From Raillietiella orientalis (lineage: Eukaryota): a DNA stretch of 64,000 bases. Below, piece after piece: positions 58,396-64,000 of this stretch; position 1 is the stretch's first letter; the number at the start of each line of letters is the position of its first letter. Made by a program: the position numbers and the translations under genes. Location of the stretch: the NCBI GenBank assembly GCA_036172245.1, contig JAYWIR010000012.1, forward strand, positions 558,001 through 622,000, read 5' to 3'. The notes below the pieces were generated by a model. The model ran no database searches and was not told the origin of the DNA. It saw only the letters and a list, made by a program, of their open reading frames with translations.

Positions 58396-59742
58396 TCTCA
58401 ACCGGGCGCGCCGGAGCGTTTATCGCTAAACTATCCAGGAACAGAGTTCCCGGACAAAGGACACAGAAGAAACGAAGGGGGGGGATCCCCGACAGGCAGG
58501 TCGGTAAACCGAAAGTCCGGAACGGGAGGGAGGGGACCACAAATACACATATAAAAAATAGAAATAAAGATTTGGGGAGGGTAGGGGACAGGGGTCTTTG
58601 GTTTGGGACGTTCCTTTCCTTCAGAACTGGCTATGGATGCCGGCGATCTCTCTCCTCACGCTCTCTGGTAGGTGGGCCCACTCGGCAGCCGACGACATGC
58701 TTGCGCTGGCTAGTCCGGTGGGCTGACGAAGGATGGCCAGCTTCTCCAACTCTCGGTGGGCCTTGTCGATGGCTCGAGTGCAACAGACCGTTGCGACCAC
58801 CGTACCTAAGGACAGGCCGACTGGCGTGAAGAAGCGGCGCATCAAGTCTCTCGCGGTGTCCCCCTGGTGCAGGAGAGCTGAGGCCAGCCTCCGTCACAGT
58901 CCTTGGAGGACACCGCAGTCCAAGAGCAGGTGCGGGGGCGTTTCCTCTTCCCCGCACCGTTTACAGTTCGGCGAGACAACAACTCCCCCGGAAACACGGT
59001 TCGTCCGCTGGTTGGAGTGAAAACCCCAATGCACCAGCATGATGACGTCCTGCTTCCACGAAAGGGGGAACACGGAAGTGTTCAAACAAGAGGGAGGGAC
59101 CACAAGTTCTTCGGAGGCACACTCAAAAGTTCGCTCCACCGAAGGAGTCCCTTCGCGTTGTTGCGAGGCGTGGCGGCGTCTGCCAGCTCGCTAGTCCTCC
59201 AGCCGCCAATAGGTCGTGTTGTTCCTGCGATGGTGCAGGCGACCTCCCACCCTACCGGTAGGCAGCTGTCATCTCTTGCCCTGAGGGCTGACAGCGCGTC
59301 GGCGAGGGGCGTGACGGCCAGGCGGGTCCACTTCTCCTGGCTGTTGCACACCTCATCCACCGTGCAGTACGGGGAGAGGTGAGCGCAACGGAGTTCCAAG
59401 ATGGAAACATCCTGCTGCTTTGCCCAGACATGCAACGGTTCCTGCCGCCAGGCGACAAAGTTCGTTGGGTGGCAGGAGATCCATGCGTGGGCTACCAGAG
59501 CCGGTATAGCGGTTTCCAGGGGAAACCGAAGCTTCTCGTGGCGCGCTCCGTATGTGGCCGGAGCGACAGAAGGCCATCGCTGCCTGTGCAGCGCCGCTGT
59601 AGCAGGCGTGCGGGAGCACACCACAGAGTGGACCAATGGTTGGCGCACAGAGCCAACATTCGAAGCTGCACCTGCAGCTCGATGCTCTCCAGCGTCAGGA
59701 TGCCCAAGCCGGCATCCCGACGCGGAGCTGCCAAGTCTTAGG
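58396..59742 (-). mobile_element. Tx1-like family A young 5'-truncated copy with 11-bp TSD
   Basis: Near-identical reverse complement of about 46070-47410; CTTAGGCTGTT at 58385-58395 and 59743-59753. Confidence 0.92.
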
Positions 59743-59769
59743 CTTAGGCTGTTGGTTTCCAAGTGAGCA

Positions 59770-59860
59770 TTTTGTCGGCACTCGGCGGCGCCGGGGAGTT
59801 TGTTGTAAAAGTAGAAAAAGGAAAAATGCATTCGCAAATAGTCAGGAAAAAACAACAACG
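59770..59860 (-). mobile_element. Tx1-like 3'-terminal stub
   Basis: Minus strand reads T-rich tract, then AACAAACTCCCCGGCGCCGCCGAGTG. Confidence 0.5.
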
Positions 59861-60199
59861 AGAAATGAACCAAAATGGGATTTCAAGCCCCACTGTCGCT
59901 GAACTGAGGTCTCGATTTCGCTAAAGCAAAGCAGCGTACTCGTACGAGTTGCCACTGCTGATGAGACGTTACCATGAGGAACAACGTCTGTCGCTAAAGG
60001 GATGCAGTTTTCCCAGAGACTGGTGCGGGGGAAAAATTGAGACTTCATCCTGGAGCAGAGGACTTTGAGCACGTAAGTATAGGCGCAGGCTATCAATCTG
60101 TGAGAAGCAGAAGAAAATACGAACCACGTTTTCTCTGAATAGACCGTATGCAGTTCCATATTTCGAAGAGGGATGAGCATTCTAAAGTACTTTGTCTAC

Positions 60200-62400
60200 C
60201 TTTGAATGTGAGTTTGATTCCAAAACGAATGCACGTTCTTCATTCTCATTACCATTCCATTCATCTTCATCACTATATCTTCCTCAATCTTTGATATCTA
60301 TATAACTATCATCCGTCTTCAATCTCCCCATTTTCAAGCTCATTTGCCATTGCCTTCCTCACTATCTTTAATTTTCCTTCTAATCTTGGGATGAAAACAT
60401 ACTGGATCCGTTTCAGGAATATTTCAAGACAAGCCAATGCTACATGATTGGTTTCGTCCCAACCTTTAACCTTGTCTTTTTCAAATTACTAACCATTTAA
60501 TTACATAATTATGAACAACTGCTTTGATTCTCATCGAATTTCTAAAACATGTTACTCAACGTAAGAGTAAAAATTTTACTCCTCCGGATTTTAGGATTAA
60601 CCATTTCTAATTCAAGTTATCACCCACTCAGCCTACAGCTAAACTTCATATACAACTCAAAAATATTGGATTCTATCAAATGAAAACTATTCATCCTGAA
60701 TAAGAAACCGTAAATATGCTATAAAGTATTTTTCTTCAGACATATGCATAACACTCCTCTTCCTAATTATATTAATTACCACAACACAGCACATATTGCC
60801 TCTATCCTTGATGAACTCCCTTACTTGGCCAATCTGCATCACCAATCTGTTTACGATTAATGCCCTCAAGATCTTCAACCCCGCAATCACTACTGTTACA
60901 CTTCTTGAACCTCTCTCCATGAACCATACTCACAATCTCTATGCAGCATTCGCTGAACCACAATGGACAATGAAGATCTTTCAACTTCCTGTACTTCAAT
61001 TCCGCCTCTCACCATCACCAAAAAATTCAAAATGATCAGCGAGACCCCATAGCCAAATTCCATCTCAGGGCTTCCGTCCACTTCTCTTGACCAATCATAC
61101 TAACTTTCCATACCCATACAAGACCGTAGGATGGGAACCGACACTTCAGTCCCACTCCACACTGAATGTCAAATGGTTCCTCCCTTGAAAAGGAAACCCC
61201 TACGATCCCCATCGCCCTGACATTGGCAACTATCCTTAAAAACATGCACTCTGCTCCCGTTCATACAGTGCATTTCGCAAATTTTGACTCCCTCCATACC
61301 CATGAATCACCAGTCCTGCATTCGAGAATAGCAGCGGCTTGAATACATTATGAAGCAAGAAATGAGATCATTGCCTTCTTGCCCGGTCCTGGACCTGTTG
61401 ACCTTATACCACGAATTGCCTCAAAATTGAATAAACAATAAGTTTCTTTACAAAGACTCCCATCCTTCCCATAATTCCTGAATATACCATCGTTAACACA
61501 CCATAATACACCATAAAACGATATCAACCATCCTAACCTCATGAAACCGAGTCAGCAAACGCACCCTTTGCAGTAAACAAAGTCGGTGGAAGAACCAGTG
61601 GAGATTCCGGCGTAAGTCCTGCCGCCGGTGCCGGCAATCAACCACGAAACGTCGACTGTGCCCTCTCAGCCACTCTCATTCGTGCAACCCAAAAGCACCG
61701 ACCGTCGATCCTTGGAAAGTTGTAGCTCCAAGGATTCTCCAATCCAACTTTCATTCCTGAAATTCCATGCCCAACGCAAGCACTCGACTCGCACAATTAT
61801 GCCACCGAAATCAGGGCCACGACTTTTCTAAAAAATTACCAAGCGATAAAAAATAATCCCCAGTCGCCCTAATTCCAAAGTGATGCTGGCAATCATTTCA
61901 CTCGCAATCTGTAAAGCCGTCTTCCCTACAAATCAAAACACCAAAAATAGGAAACGCTTCTTTCTTCGCTCCACATACCTTCAACCACAAACGTGACTAA
62001 CAGACACTAGCAGAACACAACCCACTCCGTAAGGTGAACTAGCCATGTTTCCACCGTCACCTCCAGCATAATCATAGGGACTAATCAATAATTCACCTTA
62101 TTACTATCCATCACTTCGCAATCCCCCTTTACCTAACAGCTTGAAACCATCCATCACAGACTGTGCTACTTCGATCCTCAGCTTCTCTTCTCCCGCCATG
62201 ACACTTCCCAAAATTTCGTCCTCAGAGAAAGCCACGAAGGCCGTACTCAACAACCGTCTCAAAATCCCTTTGCATCATCCCGCAGCACATTTCGCAATCT
62301 TTGCCAACTGAAAAATCTTCCAGCCTCCCAATCCTTTCGTGCTAAGAGGGTTCATCGCCATTTAAAGATGGAAACCAATCGGGCTTACGCAGATCTGAAC
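60200..62400 (-). pseudogene. Heavily decayed RTE-like LINE RT
   Basis: NDGIF, LFNFEAI (cf. FIDF.KA), EPFDIQCGVG....PS (cf. F.I..GV.QG..LSP), GINRK and F.AYL in RT order. Confidence 0.35.
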
Positions 62401-63541
62401 TCAAATCACCTAGGATTCTGAGTCCGGCCAAAGATCCCCTACATCTCACGGGTGCTGAATTCAACGCCGAGGTCTCAAACTTCCACATCAACTGGAACTC
62501 TCCGTGAAGACCACGCTGTTATCCCTTGGCTCACACTCTCTTTGCTCCGAGGTCTTCACTGCTTTTCAACGGATCCCTTAACCACGGAGATTCCTTCTTC
62601 ATCTTGCTCCCCGGAAAGCATCATCTCAAAATCCTATCTTACCTCAGTTCCTTGAGGCAGCGCTGTCTGCCCTCAGGACGAGAAATGACAGCAGCCAACT
62701 GGCGGGGTAGGAGTTGTCTGGCCAAACTACACAAATCGAGAAACTCCTTGGAGGTTGCAAGACGAGGGTGAATGCTGCCACTCTTCGTTTCCGGGCGAAG
62801 AGGACTCCTTCGGTGGAGTGAGCTCCCCGAAGAATTCGTGGTTCCTACTCTGTGCGCCAATATCACCGTGTTCCCGCTCCGCTGGAAAACACAGGATGTC
62901 CTCCTGTTTCTAAACTGGGAATTCCAGTGCAGCCAGCCTAGGCACCTGCTTTCCGGGGGAGCTGCCTCCCCGAACTGTCTAAGGTATGAGGCGATGGAAT
63001 CGTTCCCGCACCTCCTGCTGGACTGCAGTGCCCTGGAAGGCATCTGGAATAGACCAGCTTCGGCGCTCCAAGGTCACCAGCAAGGACTTACTGCGTCTTT
63101 TCTTCCCGCAAGGAGGGATGGGGGCGGGCACTGTGATCGCAACTATCTGTTGGATCCGCGCCAGCGTCGCAACCCGCTCCGTGGTGGAGTCTGGTTCGCA
63201 GAGAAGGGGGGCCACCAGCATGGCAGCCGCCTATACGAGGACGGCTAAAAGGTGGCCTCAACTGCCAGAAGTCATTAGAGAGGTTGCCACCTTACGCAGC
63301 CGCTTCTAGGAAGAAAGGAACGAATAAAGCCACAGACTCCTTCCATCTTTTGTATTTATTTGTAGTTCTCTCCCTCCGTTCCTTACTTACATAGAAGCTG
63401 AACTGCGTGCCAATGATCATGCTCAATGAAATCCTGTTTTTTTTTCTCTTATGGCATCTCTTGTATTTAGAGGACACTGTCATCTTTTGACTTGTGGTTT
63501 TCTTCGTTGTAAATAAACGTCCTGGCGTCGCCGGGTAAAAA
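62400..63541 (+). mobile_element. Tx1-like family A 3' fragment
   Basis: GLLRWSEL, FPLRWKTQDVLLF, FPHLLLDC, WPQLP; AATAAACGTCCTGGCGTCGCCGGGTAAAAA. Confidence 0.85.
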
Positions 63542-64000
63542 CCTGAGTTCCTCTAACCTTCAAAAGACACCTGGTTCTAAAGGATCTTCCCGTGTCCCCT
63601 AAGCCACTACATGTTTCTTACTATTGAATAAAGTCTAAAATGCCTCGCCCAACACAGCCTCTCTTCCACTTCACCAACTTAATAGCTAATTCTTACGTTA
63701 CCTGCGGGCATTGAAAATACCACGGCCGTTTATTAGCACGCCTCGCCTCGTGCCACGCATAAGACGTTTCGAAGAAACATTCCAAATGAATGTTTGCCAG
63801 ATTCCTCGTCACGTGATCACCTCACACAAGCTCCAGTCCATTTATGTTTGGAACCCTCCTCAAATTGTCCTGCTTATCTTTGAACCAGCAGTTGCCATTT
63901 GGCGGTCGCTCACCAGCCGTTCGTCCTCTGCTTTGAGACCGGATAGTGTCCAAGGTGATAACGGGATCATTCGAAAGGATTCAAGAGCCACCTGCCAAAA

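Noticed and set aside
59738..59749. TTAGGC x2 telomere-like repeat
   Set aside because: Only two units, explained by the TSD and junction duplication.
1..64000. Prokaryotic systems (CRISPR array, retron, DGR, group II intron)
   Set aside because: Spliceosomal introns, SINEs and APE-type LINEs show eukaryotic DNA. No regularly spaced repeats were seen, RT motifs are non-LTR type, and repeat pairs do not show adenine-specific variation.

Overview
Eukaryotic (invertebrate-like) genomic DNA in two parts. (1) 1-~20 kb: a minus-strand, intron-containing NRF-6-like gene (N-terminal NRF domain plus acyltransferase-3 domain). I traced nine GT-AG exons from the ATG at 19870 to position 175, and the gene runs off the left edge. 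One junction (exon 2/3) has an unresolved donor. The introns hold a tRNA-derived SINE family, sharply bounded AT-rich elements, decayed LINE RT fragments, purine/pyrimidine tracts and an antisense, intronless NRF-domain fragment. (2) ~20-64 kb: a dense retrotransposon graveyard dominated by Tx1/L1-clade non-LTR elements (CCHC ORF1; APE-RT-zinc-finger ORF2), repeatedly nested in one another. It also contains a solitary 5S rRNA-like sequence, a decayed SprT-like metalloprotease and older R4/RTE/CR1/Gypsy-like remnants. The most novel signal is a conserved RNA structure in the 3' UTR of the Tx1-like elements: a covarying CUGCGU-hexaloop hairpin, a second hairpin, AAUAAA, then a terminal CCGG hairpin ending in only a short A run. 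A 72-bp insertion with its own target-site duplication marks that terminal hairpin as the true 3' end. All calls come from reading motifs by eye; no database searches were run, and repeat boundaries are approximate.
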